Below, one piece after another: positions 18,529 through 28,261 of a stretch of 64,000 nt of DNA (its first letter is position 1; each line of letters starts with the position of its first letter). The notes beneath the pieces are model-generated. The model did not search any database and was not told the DNA's origin. It saw only the letters and a list, made by a program, of their open reading frames with translations. The translations under genes and the position numbers were made by a program. Origin of the DNA: a virus. Taxonomy: Duplodnaviria > Caudoviricetes. The DNA lies in IMG/VR virus record IMGVR_UViG_3300023170_000014, positions 12,391 through 76,390 of that record; one strand, given 5' to 3'.

Positions 18529-19125
18529 ATGGCCTTAACAATACCCGGTACTGCAAGTAGTACAATGCAAGGAATTTATCCTACCATTCCTAGTGGAAAT
18601 TTAACTCCAGAACAACAGACTGCTGTTGATCTTGCGTGGTTAAAAGTAGAAGATGGGTTTGACTCTTTACCCGGTGGACCTTATCTACTAGATATTACAA
18701 GAAAAAACTTTAGTGAGCAAAAATCCGCACTTCTTTTTCCTTTTGCTCTTCAAAGAATTAATTATACTTTCCCAAATCCCTCAACTCCAACTTTTGATTT
18801 AACAAGTTTTCCGTGGAGGGATCATCACACTTTAATGGCTCAAGGATTAACTCTTGAAATTATTCAGCACTTAATTAGATCGTATTCAGAAATTCCATTG
18901 CCTACAGGATCGGGTAATATTACTTTGCTTGATAGAACTACTTATCAACAAAGATGGACTGAAATTTATAAAACAGAAGAAGAACTTTTTAAAAACGAAT
19001 GTAGAGTATTTAAGCGTTCTTACATGCAACTTGGGAAGGCTCGCGGTCTTGTGGACAGCAAGCAGGGTCGTCTTGTTCCAATTCCAATGCGTGTACGTTA
19101 CCCACGCTTTATGGGTTACAGATAG
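18529..19125 (+). CDS. head-to-tail adaptor (probable)
   Basis: Position after the head genes; FDS..GGPYL, HLIRSY.E.P, DR..Y..RW; AAGGAG RBS (track start 18514). Confidence 0.6.
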   Translation: MALTIPGTASSTMQGIYPTIPSGNLTPEQQTAVDLAWLKVEDGFDSLPGGPYLLDITRKNFSEQKSALLFPFALQRINYTFPNPSTPTFDLTSFPWRDHHTLMAQGLTLEIIQHLIRSYSEIPLPTGSGNITLLDRTTYQQRWTEIYKTEEELFKNECRVFKRSYMQLGKARGLVDSKQGRLVPIPMRVRYPRFMGYR

Positions 19126-19132
19126 GATTATT

Positions 19133-19771
19133 ATGGCAATTGAAAACATGATGTTTAAGTATGGTTATGATGATGGAACTACTCCTGCTGAAGTTAAGAA
19201 TGTAAGACAATCTGTTTTTGATTATACATTTAGATACGGCAATCCTGTTGTAATAAAACGTATTTATAATACAGATGACGTTGCAGCAGGAACGACAGAA
19301 TGGGATAACACTTTTGATGACGTTTATGAGCAAAGTTCTACAATTGGAGATAATTTAGGATTTAGTGCCGGGTGGAATGACGGATATTTTACTTACATCA
19401 CTTTAGGTGATGGAAATATAATGATTGACGATGACACTCCAAATAGAACAGGTGCTTTTAAGTTATTTGTAACTTCGGGAGTCGCACCGTGGACTCCTGC
19501 TATTCAAGACGGAGATATGATTATATCAACAAGAATAGAATTAGATTCTAATAATAAAGTTGTTATTACAGGAACTGGAGATAGATATAGGGTACAAAGA
19601 GTATATCTAGTTCCTCTTAGAGCAGAATTAAATCGTGGATATATGAATTCAGAAACAAATTATGTAGAGAACCCGGATATTATGGTTTCTCAGAATTTTG
19701 AAGCGGTTAGAATACCACGTTCTGATCCTTTATATGATATTGAAATTAATAGTGGTACTACGATAGGATAG
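19133..19771 (+). CDS. head closure / neck protein (probable)
   Basis: Synteny between adaptor and tail terminator; start reassigned from track 18929, which overlaps the upstream gene. Confidence 0.55.
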   Translation: MAIENMMFKYGYDDGTTPAEVKNVRQSVFDYTFRYGNPVVIKRIYNTDDVAAGTTEWDNTFDDVYEQSSTIGDNLGFSAGWNDGYFTYITLGDGNIMIDDDTPNRTGAFKLFVTSGVAPWTPAIQDGDMIISTRIELDSNNKVVITGTGDRYRVQRVYLVPLRAELNRGYMNSETNYVENPDIMVSQNFEAVRIPRSDPLYDIEINSGTTIG

Positions 19772-19773
19772 TA

Positions 19774-20412
19774 ATGGCAGAAAGTACGCTTAAAGCCCCA
19801 ATTAATTATAAAATGGAAATCAAAAGGGCTGTTGTTAAAAGTCTTCAAAATGTTTTTTATAATACTGAAAATTATTTCCCGGAGTATAAATCTTCAGAAT
19901 TAATGACAAAATCTCACATTACTATTGAATATCCACAAAAACCAGAACAATATCCTTCTATGATTGTCGGTTTTAAAGAAAAAGAATTAAAATCAGCAGG
20001 AATTGCTCATAGTGAAATCATTGACGGGACTTCTGTTGTTCAGAGATGGTTATTTCAAGGTTCTATTTCAATAGAAATCTTTGCGTTAACATCTATGGAT
20101 AGAGATTTTATATCTGATAGTCTAGTAAATATGTTGTCTTTTGGAAGAATTGAAAATTTTCCATTTCGTGATTATATAGAAGATAATGCTCAGGTTGACA
20201 TACAGGTTTCAGTAGGTTCTTTATCACCTATCGGTGAGGAAACCATGAGTGGAGCAAGTTGGGGTCTTACCGACCAGAGGATTTATACTACGGGTTATGA
20301 ATTTGGTTGTATGGGTGGATTTGTTTCAACTACGAATAATTATGACTTTGTATCTGGATTTGACGCAAGAGCAGTTGGTTCTTGGGAAACAATAGAAATA
20401 GACGTCCCTTAG
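19774..20412 (+). CDS. tail terminator / completion protein (probable)
   Basis: ITIEYPQKPEQYPSMIV...IFALTSMDRD; immediately upstream of the sheath. Confidence 0.6.
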   Translation: MAESTLKAPINYKMEIKRAVVKSLQNVFYNTENYFPEYKSSELMTKSHITIEYPQKPEQYPSMIVGFKEKELKSAGIAHSEIIDGTSVVQRWLFQGSISIEIFALTSMDRDFISDSLVNMLSFGRIENFPFRDYIEDNAQVDIQVSVGSLSPIGEETMSGASWGLTDQRIYTTGYEFGCMGGFVSTTNNYDFVSGFDARAVGSWETIEIDVP

Positions 20413-20488
20413 CCGCTATAAAGTATTTAATTTCTATCACATTAATAAGTAGAATATTTAATTATTGATTCAATAAAGGATGGTTAAA

Positions 20489-22324
20489 ATGGCATTATCT
20501 TATGTGCCGCCCGGAGTTTTGCCAGCGATTGAGGTAATATCAACTCCACAGGCTCCTAATGTAACATCACAAGTTGTACCTATTATCATAGGAGAAGCAA
20601 GCGGCTATCAAACTTTTAGTGAAAATATTCAATTGAGTGGGACTACCGCTGTAAACTTTTCTAAAAAGGGCATAGACGTATCAACAAACGGAACGGCTCT
20701 TTATAACTTGGCTGTTACTGGAACCAATCCTGTAACTTTTGAATCAGTAAGTCCTGCTAATTATATTGTAGAACTGGTTTCTTCTGGGACAGCAACTGGA
20801 GATGAACAATATTCAGTTAAAAGAGCCTCTATTCCCGGTACTCCTACTCTTACTCCGGGAACCGCAGGGAGTGCAGCCGTTCCAGCAGGAACCTATCGTT
20901 ATGCTGTCTCATATTTAGTTAACATTGAGACTGGTGGAGGAACTACAATCTATGAAACTGGAATCGGTTCTTATGGAACTGTAAATGTTGTCGCCGGAAC
21001 TGCGGCTGAATCAGTTGGTGGTACTGTTGTTATCTCTGGAATGGGAAATTCAAGTCCTTCGGATATTGCTGCTATAGGTAAAAACATTTATAGATCTGTT
21101 AACTTAGGAACGGATTCAAACCCAAATTGGGGTCCATATTATAAAGTAACTTCAGGTACTGCTGCAAGTGCTGCAATTGGCGACGATGAATATACAGATT
21201 CTGAAATTGATGTAACTGCAAATTCAAATGCTTTAGATCCAATTGAATCTGGCAACACAATTACTTTCCAATATAATTATACTGATGTAAATTATTGGGA
21301 GCCAACATTATTTTCAGATTTTAATGATGTTGTAGAAAAGTATGGTGATGCATTCACTGCAACAGGAGAAATTAATTCTGAAGCATCTTTTGCTGCAAAA
21401 CTAGCGATTCTAAATGGCGCAGGCACTGTAGTTGTTGCGCCAATCCCAGCGAATGGTGAATCTAATAATACAAATTGGGAAAATGCATTGCTTCGTCTAG
21501 AAGAAGATCAAGATGGTAATGTTATTGTACCATTAACAGGAAGAACCGCAGTACATTCGCTAGTTTCTGCTCACATTACTAAATTAAAACAAAGAAATGT
21601 ATGGAAAACAGCAGTCTTGGGAATGGATGGTTCTTCAAATTCCGTATCAGCAGATACTTTAAGAGCAACTGCCGAATCATATGCAAACTCTGATTTGGCT
21701 TTAATATCACCAACAATCTTTAACTATTACAATAGTTATTTAGGCACAGAAGTACCAATTGGTGGTCAATATGTAGCGGCCTGTCTTGCAGGTATGCACG
21801 CAAGTAGACCTCTTTCAGAGTCTTTGACTAGAAAACAAATTGCAGGAATTTCCTCTGTTGGAGAAAAAAGAACTACTGTTGGTAAAAATCAAGATGGACA
21901 AGCAGGATTAACTGTTGTTGAACAAATTCCAAGTACCGGAAGTATTAGAATTCGTCATGAAATCACAACAGATCCTAGCGATATCAACACTAGAGAATAC
22001 CCAGTTATTTTACAAAGAAACAATATGGTTAATATTGTTGCTCAAGAATTAGATAATCAAGTCGTTGGAAAAATCTTAGCAGACACTTCTGCACCTTCAA
22101 AGGTTTCTCTAGTTGTTTCTCAGATTTTAGATAATCTAGTAAATACTAGAAATCTTGGAGACTATCAAGCAGTTACTGCAAGATTTTCAACAAACGACCC
22201 TACAGTAATTAGTGTTCGTTGGGAATATCGTCCATTCTATACAATTAATTACGTTCAAATTTCGTTTGGTATTAATCTTACAACTGGCGGAATTACTACT
22301 GGCAATATTAATTTGATACTTTAA
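20489..22324 (+). CDS. tail sheath protein
   Basis: YVPPGV N-terminus; AACLAGM...SLTRKQIAG, GLTVVEQ...IRIRHEITT, YRPFYTINYVQISF sheath C-terminal pattern. Confidence 0.9.
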   Translation: MALSYVPPGVLPAIEVISTPQAPNVTSQVVPIIIGEASGYQTFSENIQLSGTTAVNFSKKGIDVSTNGTALYNLAVTGTNPVTFESVSPANYIVELVSSGTATGDEQYSVKRASIPGTPTLTPGTAGSAAVPAGTYRYAVSYLVNIETGGGTTIYETGIGSYGTVNVVAGTAAESVGGTVVISGMGNSSPSDIAAIGKNIYRSVNLGTDSNPNWGPYYKVTSGTAASAAIGDDEYTDSEIDVTANSNALDPIESGNTITFQYNYTDVNYWEPTLFSDFNDVVEKYGDAFTATGEINSEASFAAKLAILNGAGTVVVAPIPANGESNNTNWENALLRLEEDQDGNVIVPLTGRTAVHSLVSAHITKLKQRNVWKTAVLGMDGSSNSVSADTLRATAESYANSDLALISPTIFNYYNSYLGTEVPIGGQYVAACLAGMHASRPLSESLTRKQIAGISSVGEKRTTVGKNQDGQAGLTVVEQIPSTGSIRIRHEITTDPSDINTREYPVILQRNNMVNIVAQELDNQVVGKILADTSAPSKVSLVVSQILDNLVNTRNLGDYQAVTARFSTNDPTVISVRWEYRPFYTINYVQISFGINLTTGGITTGNINLIL

Positions 22325-22339
22325 GGAGAATAATAAATA

Positions 22340-22921
22340 ATGGCTATTAGAGCAAGACAAACGGGTTCCGCATTTACTGCGTGGACTTTAAAAGATGGAG
22401 CAGGCAATAATAAAATTTTAGCCTTATGTCAGGAAGTTACTCATCGTTCTCCACAGCCAGTAACTGGAGCCGTTGAAGTACATCCTTTGAATTATGTAAG
22501 GCCAACTGAGATTATTGTTCCTCGCGCAATTACTCACGGCGAGATTACAATGACCGTTCTTGAAACTTTTGATAAAAATATTTGGCAAACACTAAGAGAT
22601 ATGTTTAGTGGAATTCCTCAAGATATAAACGATTTAGCGGATTTCTTTACTTGGATGATGACTAGCACAGATATGAATGATGATAATGGAAGCAAGTTTG
22701 CCTTACAAAGAGTAATTAGAAATCCAAATTCAACTACTTGGAGAGTAAAAACTTTTAAAAACGCAAGAGTTGTTGATGTAAGAGATGATGAAAATGCAAC
22801 TGTTGATTCTATTGTTAATCCTTTATCAATTACAGTTTGGTACACAAATCTTGAAGAAACAACAGCAACTTATGCAAATGAAGGCATTCCAGTACAAGAC
22901 CCAGTTTGGGGGGTTAATTAA
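22340..22921 (+). CDS. tail tube protein
   Basis: Follows the sheath; SPQPV...EVHPL...EIIVPRAITHGEIT. Confidence 0.8.
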   Translation: MAIRARQTGSAFTAWTLKDGAGNNKILALCQEVTHRSPQPVTGAVEVHPLNYVRPTEIIVPRAITHGEITMTVLETFDKNIWQTLRDMFSGIPQDINDLADFFTWMMTSTDMNDDNGSKFALQRVIRNPNSTTWRVKTFKNARVVDVRDDENATVDSIVNPLSITVWYTNLEETTATYANEGIPVQDPVWGVN

Positions 22922-22937
22922 ATAATTGGAGATTAAA

Positions 22938-23414
22938 TTGAGTGAAGAAAATAGTCAGGATTTATTTGAAGAAATAACTAATTCAGACGAATTTAATGAA
23001 TTGATTCATATAGGTCATATTGTTCGTTCTTTTGAGTGGTATAATCATAAATTTGAAATAAGAACTTTAAAATTGGAAGAAGAACTAATAGTAGGTCAAA
23101 TAGTTAAAGAATTTACAGATACGATTGCTGAAGAGAAGGCTGCCGCTGTTGCTATAGCGGCAGCCTGTATTGTTTCTATTAATAACACTCCATTTATGCC
23201 TCGCTATGACAAAAGCGCTTACATAAATATAAAAGAAAAGTTTAATTATATATTAAAAAATTGGAATTGGATAATTATAGAATCAATAAATGGTGAATAT
23301 GTACAACTTCTAGCATCTATGTATGATGAAATAGAGAGGGTTGAAAATTTATCAAGCAAGGATCTGAAGAATTCAAGTTCTTTCTCAGATCCCTTGACAG
23401 ATCAGGTGTCATAA
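22938..23414 (+). CDS. tail assembly chaperone (G)
   Basis: Between tube and tape measure; HKFEIRTL..EEEL; GGAG RBS before TTG 22938 (track start 22926). Confidence 0.75.
   Translation: MSEENSQDLFEEITNSDEFNELIHIGHIVRSFEWYNHKFEIRTLKLEEELIVGQIVKEFTDTIAEEKAAAVAIAAACIVSINNTPFMPRYDKSAYINIKEKFNYILKNWNWIIIESINGEYVQLLASMYDEIERVENLSSKDLKNSSSFSDPLTDQVS
23345..23351 (+). promoter_or_regulatory. -1 programmed ribosomal frameshift site (A AAT TTA)
   Basis: X XXY YYZ heptamer in the chaperone frame; the -1 frame is open from 23345 to 23695. Confidence 0.8.
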
Positions 23415-23695
23415 ATAAAAAACCCTTAAATCATTTAACAAATTTAATAAATCTTCATCTTTTTGTTTGGGAAAGAGAAGATCAAACAGAAGAAAAAGAA
23501 ACAATGTTTAAACAATCACTAATGCAGGCTTTCCCATCAATGACTGAAAAAATCTGGGGAATTGATAATAAAGATGATGAAGCATTAGGAGATAATTACG
23601 AACAAATTATCCCCGATACAATGGAAGATTTTGTTTCTCTTGAAAAGTTTTTAACAAATCTTGAAATGAAGGCTGAAGATTTAGAAAAGAGTTAA
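23345..23695 (+). CDS. tail assembly chaperone frameshift extension (T part of GT)
   Basis: -1 frame reads IKQGSEEFKFFLRSLDRSG... into track ORF 23504..23695 without a stop. Confidence 0.75.
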   Translation, partial: KFIKQGSEEFKFFLRSLDRSGVINKKPLNHLTNLINLHLFVWEREDQTEEKETMFKQSLMQAFPSMTEKIWGIDNKDDEALGDNYEQIIPDTMEDFVSLEKFLTNLEMKAEDLEKS

Positions 23696-23696
23696 A

Positions 23697-25931
23697 ATGG
23701 CGGATTCTGATAAAATTGTAGAAGCAATTGCAAGTTTGCATGAAACAACGAGAATAGGTGTAAAAGCACAAGAAGCCTATAATGAATCCCTATCTCAACA
23801 ATTAGGAGAAATTAAAAATCTTTTATCAGGAAGTTCTGGGGGATCTGGTGGGGATTCAGATCAAAGAAGATCTAGCAATGCTTACACTCGCGCTACAAGA
23901 AGCGCTGAGGAATTCAGATCGCTTCCTGAAAAGGTGAGAGCGCGGCCAAGGACGCAGTTTGCCTACGGTGTTAAAAACGCAGAGGGTGATGTAGCAGATG
24001 GGTATTTAAACTTAAGAAGAAATGTTGGTTTATTAAACCTTCCCGAAGCACACAGGATGTTGCAAGAGGGTCATTTCCAACAAGCGGGATATCAGGTTGC
24101 CTCTGGACTAGTTAGTAGTCCTTATTCTCGTCCATTTACAATTCCGTCTGGTCTAAGGTTAGGCGCTCAAGGTTTAGACTTTGCAAGAAATAGAGTAATT
24201 GGGCAAAGATTAGGACAACCTAACCAGATGGGTATGCTTGGTGGAGCAATGGGTCCGGGAATTGACAGTTTTTCAAGTGGACTTGGATCTTATGTTGCAA
24301 GCCTTACAGCCTTTCCTTCTATATTTGCAAGTAAAACCGGAGAACCGTTTAGTATGTTTGGCGGATCAATGGCTCCCGCTATTTCTCAAGGTTATCAAAT
24401 GCGTAAAGAAGCATTTATGCGTTCAATAAATCCTTTTGATATGATGGGTTATAAACAAAATCTTTCTCTTATAGAGGCGTCAAGATCAAAAGGATTTAGA
24501 AGTTTAGGAGAGACTTATAACGTTTCTGAAAGCGCAAAAGAAATTATGCAAAAAGTCGGAATTGATGCAGGAACGGCGATAGATGTTATTGATCTTTCTA
24601 TAAAAAGGCTTGGCTTAGACGCAAAAGAAGCACAAGAAGAGATGGAAGTTTTTGGTAAAATGGCAAGGGGAGCAGGAAAAGGTGTTGCTCAATTTGCTCA
24701 AGAAACTGTTCAAGTGCTAAATCAAATGAGTTTGCAAAACACAAGAGGTCCGGGTTCATTACAAGCCGCCGCCTTAATGAGCAGCGTTCCCCAAGTCCAA
24801 GGACAAGGTGTATTTAATCTTCTAAATAGCCCTACTATGCTTGGGCTAACTATGGGTAGCATGGCTGGTCAAGGTGCTAGTATGTCAACTATGATGGCAA
24901 TGGCAATGGGCGATCCATTTTCTGCTGGGGGTGGAAGAGAGTCGCTTGAAATGATGAGTCAAGGTTTGAGTTCATATAAAAGCACAGTTGATATGTTTAT
25001 GCGATCTGCTCCGGGATCAACTAAAGAAGAAAAAGAAACTTTTGCATTTAATATGGCAGCACAAACTTTTGGGCTAGACGGACCAATGACTGCTCAAAGA
25101 ATTTATAATCAAACTGACAAAATAAAAACTCAAGCCTCAACGCTAGAAAGTTTAAATGAAATGAAAAGTTTAGAAAAATTTGGCGTTAAAGGAATGCAAA
25201 AGCAAGCATTAGGACTTGGTGGAGGTAAACCTTCAAAAGAAGTTAAAAGCGCTTTAGATACATTGAGAAAGGGTTTTAAACAATCAGCAAGTGGAGGACC
25301 AATGTTACCGGGTATGGCTTCTCCCGGTATAACTTTTGCTGATCCTAGTGGTAGAGATAATCAAGCATTTAATATATATGTTAATAGAATGATTCAAGCA
25401 AAACGATTTAAAACTGAAGACCCTACTGAAGTTTATCAAATGGCAGAAGATGCTGGTTTAGATCCAGAGCAAGTTGAGAGAGCAGCAGATTTATATATTG
25501 CCGCAGGAAGAGCAGAAGGCGATGGCGCAAAAAATGCTTTTGGCAAGTTAGCCTCAGAATTTGATATATCAGTTGGCGGAAACCCAATGCGAGGGGAAAA
25601 AGGTTTTGTCAGTAGTGAATTGAAAGAATTATCAAAACAGAACTGGCAAAAATTAAGTGCCGCTCAAAAGAATCAGTATATTAAAAAGGGAACTGAAACT
25701 CTTGATAAAGCATTAGAGGGTGGATTAATTAAAAAACCATACTATCAAAAACAACTTGAATTAGTAAGAAAAGGTGAATTTGATATTTCTGCATTTGAAA
25801 AAAGAATTGCTGGAACTGCGGCTGGTCAAACACAAGATCAAAGTAGACAACTTGTTGACTTAACTGATGACGCTAAAAAACTTCTAAAACTATTGCCTAA
25901 CAGAGAAGCCTCTAAGAGAGAAACGGGATAA
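23697..25931 (+). CDS. tape measure protein
   Basis: Long helical Ala/Gly/Met-rich protein directly after the chaperones. Confidence 0.75.
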   Translation: MADSDKIVEAIASLHETTRIGVKAQEAYNESLSQQLGEIKNLLSGSSGGSGGDSDQRRSSNAYTRATRSAEEFRSLPEKVRARPRTQFAYGVKNAEGDVADGYLNLRRNVGLLNLPEAHRMLQEGHFQQAGYQVASGLVSSPYSRPFTIPSGLRLGAQGLDFARNRVIGQRLGQPNQMGMLGGAMGPGIDSFSSGLGSYVASLTAFPSIFASKTGEPFSMFGGSMAPAISQGYQMRKEAFMRSINPFDMMGYKQNLSLIEASRSKGFRSLGETYNVSESAKEIMQKVGIDAGTAIDVIDLSIKRLGLDAKEAQEEMEVFGKMARGAGKGVAQFAQETVQVLNQMSLQNTRGPGSLQAAALMSSVPQVQGQGVFNLLNSPTMLGLTMGSMAGQGASMSTMMAMAMGDPFSAGGGRESLEMMSQGLSSYKSTVDMFMRSAPGSTKEEKETFAFNMAAQTFGLDGPMTAQRIYNQTDKIKTQASTLESLNEMKSLEKFGVKGMQKQALGLGGGKPSKEVKSALDTLRKGFKQSASGGPMLPGMASPGITFADPSGRDNQAFNIYVNRMIQAKRFKTEDPTEVYQMAEDAGLDPEQVERAADLYIAAGRAEGDGAKNAFGKLASEFDISVGGNPMRGEKGFVSSELKELSKQNWQKLSAAQKNQYIKKGTETLDKALEGGLIKKPYYQKQLELVRKGEFDISAFEKRIAGTAAGQTQDQSRQLVDLTDDAKKLLKLLPNREASKRETG

Positions 25932-25937
25932 TAATAA

Positions 25938-27497
25938 ATGGCTATTCGTAAAATTATTTCTCGCTCAACGTGGGGCGCTCAACCTCCTAAAAAAACAAAA
26001 AAAACTTCTTGGCACAAAGGAATTAAAGTATTTATTCACCATACCCAAGAAGTTACCCTTGGAACAGGAGAAAGCGCTTCTAATGAATATCTAAGATTAA
26101 AAAAAATACAAAGTGAAGATATGACTTTAAGACCCGCAGGCAAAGGGTTAGATGATATTAGATTTCATTATATAATAATGCCTAGTGGAAATGTTTATGA
26201 AGGAAGAGGGAAAGCAGTAGAAGGTCAACATTGTGTAGGTCATAACAATGAGCCGGGAATTGCTATTGATGGAGATTATAGCAATGATTTACCCTCCGAA
26301 GCAGCGTTAAAATCTTTATCGTGGCTACTTGATGAACTCAATTTAGATCAGAATAATTTACAAGGTCATAAAGATGGCGACAATAGCGTTAGTTGCCCCG
26401 GTGATGAATTCTATTCCTACATAAAAAATAATAAACTACCTTCATGGAAAGAGGGCAGTTCTGATTCTGATGACGGAACAAAAGATATTAGTGGATATAC
26501 TTTTCCAAAAGGAGTGGCCGCAAACGCTGTTACTAGGATTGTTCCAATGCCAGAGGACGATCCTTTTTCTCCAAATTTAATTGCAAATAAAGAAAAATAT
26601 TATAATTCTATAGATCCAAATTTTAAAAAAAGTAATACAAGTAGATATCTTGATTCTTCAGCATATTTTTCAGGTGGAGTTTATGATACAAGAAATATGT
26701 GTTCTTTTTCCTATTATGATAATACTGTAGAAGGAGAGCCAATAAAGAAAAGTATATGGCTTTTAGTTCCTCCAGAAAATATTTCTTGGAGTTATTCATT
26801 AAGAACAAAAGTTGAAGATACTTACGGCGGTCAAGTAATACAGATATTAGGCGTTCAAATAGATAATTTCAAATTAAGCGGATATGTGCCGAACGGTTTT
26901 TGGGGAATAAATAACAATTATTATAATAAAAGCGATGATATTTCTTTTTTTGAAGATAAAGAAAATGCTCGCAAAAATGGAATAGTGCATCTTGCTAATT
27001 TCTTTAGAGATTTCTTTACAGTTAAGAGTCAGTCATCTTTTTCTAATCAAAATATGCGATTTAGTTACCCTCATTACGGTTGGGAAGGGGCTAATGATAT
27101 TAAATTAATTCCTTATGAATTTCCAAGGGTCAGAATTGCAAATGACGAGATTTTACCTCAATGGGAATTAGAATGTAGTTTAGTAGAATATTTATCTAGT
27201 CATTTTGTTTCTAAAGCAACTACAGCAGCAACAAATCAACTTAAATACAATAAAGGTGGAATTGGTTTTGTCGAATTTATTCAATGGTCTGATCCCACTG
27301 CAACAAGTGATATTTCGGTAAGCGAAGAAGCCCGGTCACTTGGAGCCTCATATGCTGAATTTGTGAACAATTTTGATATAACTGAATCTGATGCACTTTC
27401 GCAAGCAGGTTTTACCTATCCCCCAGACGTAATAGATAGGAACGTTACATCAGAAGTACAAAAAGTAATTGAAGATAGGTTTGGAATAAATGTCTGA
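25938..27497 (+). CDS. amidase_2 (PGRP-like) domain fused to baseplate/tail-tube-initiator domain
   Basis: IISRSTWGA, FIHHT, DIRFHYII..SGNVYEGRG, GH.D....SCPG; C-terminal SWSYSLRT..EDTYGGQVIQILG. Confidence 0.8.
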   Translation: MAIRKIISRSTWGAQPPKKTKKTSWHKGIKVFIHHTQEVTLGTGESASNEYLRLKKIQSEDMTLRPAGKGLDDIRFHYIIMPSGNVYEGRGKAVEGQHCVGHNNEPGIAIDGDYSNDLPSEAALKSLSWLLDELNLDQNNLQGHKDGDNSVSCPGDEFYSYIKNNKLPSWKEGSSDSDDGTKDISGYTFPKGVAANAVTRIVPMPEDDPFSPNLIANKEKYYNSIDPNFKKSNTSRYLDSSAYFSGGVYDTRNMCSFSYYDNTVEGEPIKKSIWLLVPPENISWSYSLRTKVEDTYGGQVIQILGVQIDNFKLSGYVPNGFWGINNNYYNKSDDISFFEDKENARKNGIVHLANFFRDFFTVKSQSSFSNQNMRFSYPHYGWEGANDIKLIPYEFPRVRIANDEILPQWELECSLVEYLSSHFVSKATTAATNQLKYNKGGIGFVEFIQWSDPTATSDISVSEEARSLGASYAEFVNNFDITESDALSQAGFTYPPDVIDRNVTSEVQKVIEDRFGINV

Positions 27498-28260
27498 AAA
27501 AAAGATAACTCCAAAACAGCAACAATTAATCAATAAAAATGCTGGTGAAAGAAAAGCATTTCTTAAAAAAATTTCTTATGGAACAGACTCTTATAGTCAA
27601 AGCGGTCAATTAGGATTTAATCAAGCCGCTTCTGATAATAAAGAAGAAGATAGAAAGTTTACTTTACCACAAGACACTGCTTCTTTTGATTTATGGGTAC
27701 TAGAAGTAAATTATGGATATGGCTTAGTTGGACAAAATGCTGTTTCTCGTTTTTATAATAAATTTTATCCTCAATACTTTAAAAGAAATCCTTTTCAAAT
27801 CAAAGGACTTTGTAAAGATGAAGCAGAATATAATGCATTAGCAAAATTTATTAGAGAACAACAAGTTAATGCAACTATTGATCATAATAATTTATTTTTA
27901 TTAGAAATTCCCGGGGCTGGAGTTAGATCATTGGGAGTAGTTATGAGTTTTCAGGCTGGAGTATCTGTTCAAAATCAAGGTATCCCAGTTGCTCCAGAGT
28001 TTGTTTTTGAATTTGTTATTTTTAGAGATTTGACAGATCCTCATGATATTAATTTTAATAGAAATGCAAAATTTAGTGAATTTATAAAGTACCCAACTAA
28101 TAAAACGGCGACAATAAAAGATGGTCAAAAAATTCCTGCAATTTTTTCAACAGATGCTGGAGCAATTAAACCATTTAATCCCGCTAGACAACCGTTCACT
28201 TCTAATAACGATCCAATTTCAGGAATAAACGACGGGACAAAGGGAGCGAAAGGAAGTTAA
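27490..28260 (+). CDS. baseplate-associated protein
   Basis: Synteny; YNALAKFIREQQ. Confidence 0.55.
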   Translation: MSEKKITPKQQQLINKNAGERKAFLKKISYGTDSYSQSGQLGFNQAASDNKEEDRKFTLPQDTASFDLWVLEVNYGYGLVGQNAVSRFYNKFYPQYFKRNPFQIKGLCKDEAEYNALAKFIREQQVNATIDHNNLFLLEIPGAGVRSLGVVMSFQAGVSVQNQGIPVAPEFVFEFVIFRDLTDPHDINFNRNAKFSEFIKYPTNKTATIKDGQKIPAIFSTDAGAIKPFNPARQPFTSNNDPISGINDGTKGAKGS

Positions 28261-28261
28261 A

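Noticed and set aside
18929-19132. N-terminal extension of the neck gene in the ORF track
   Set aside because: Overlaps the adaptor gene; ATG 19133 with AGGA is more plausible
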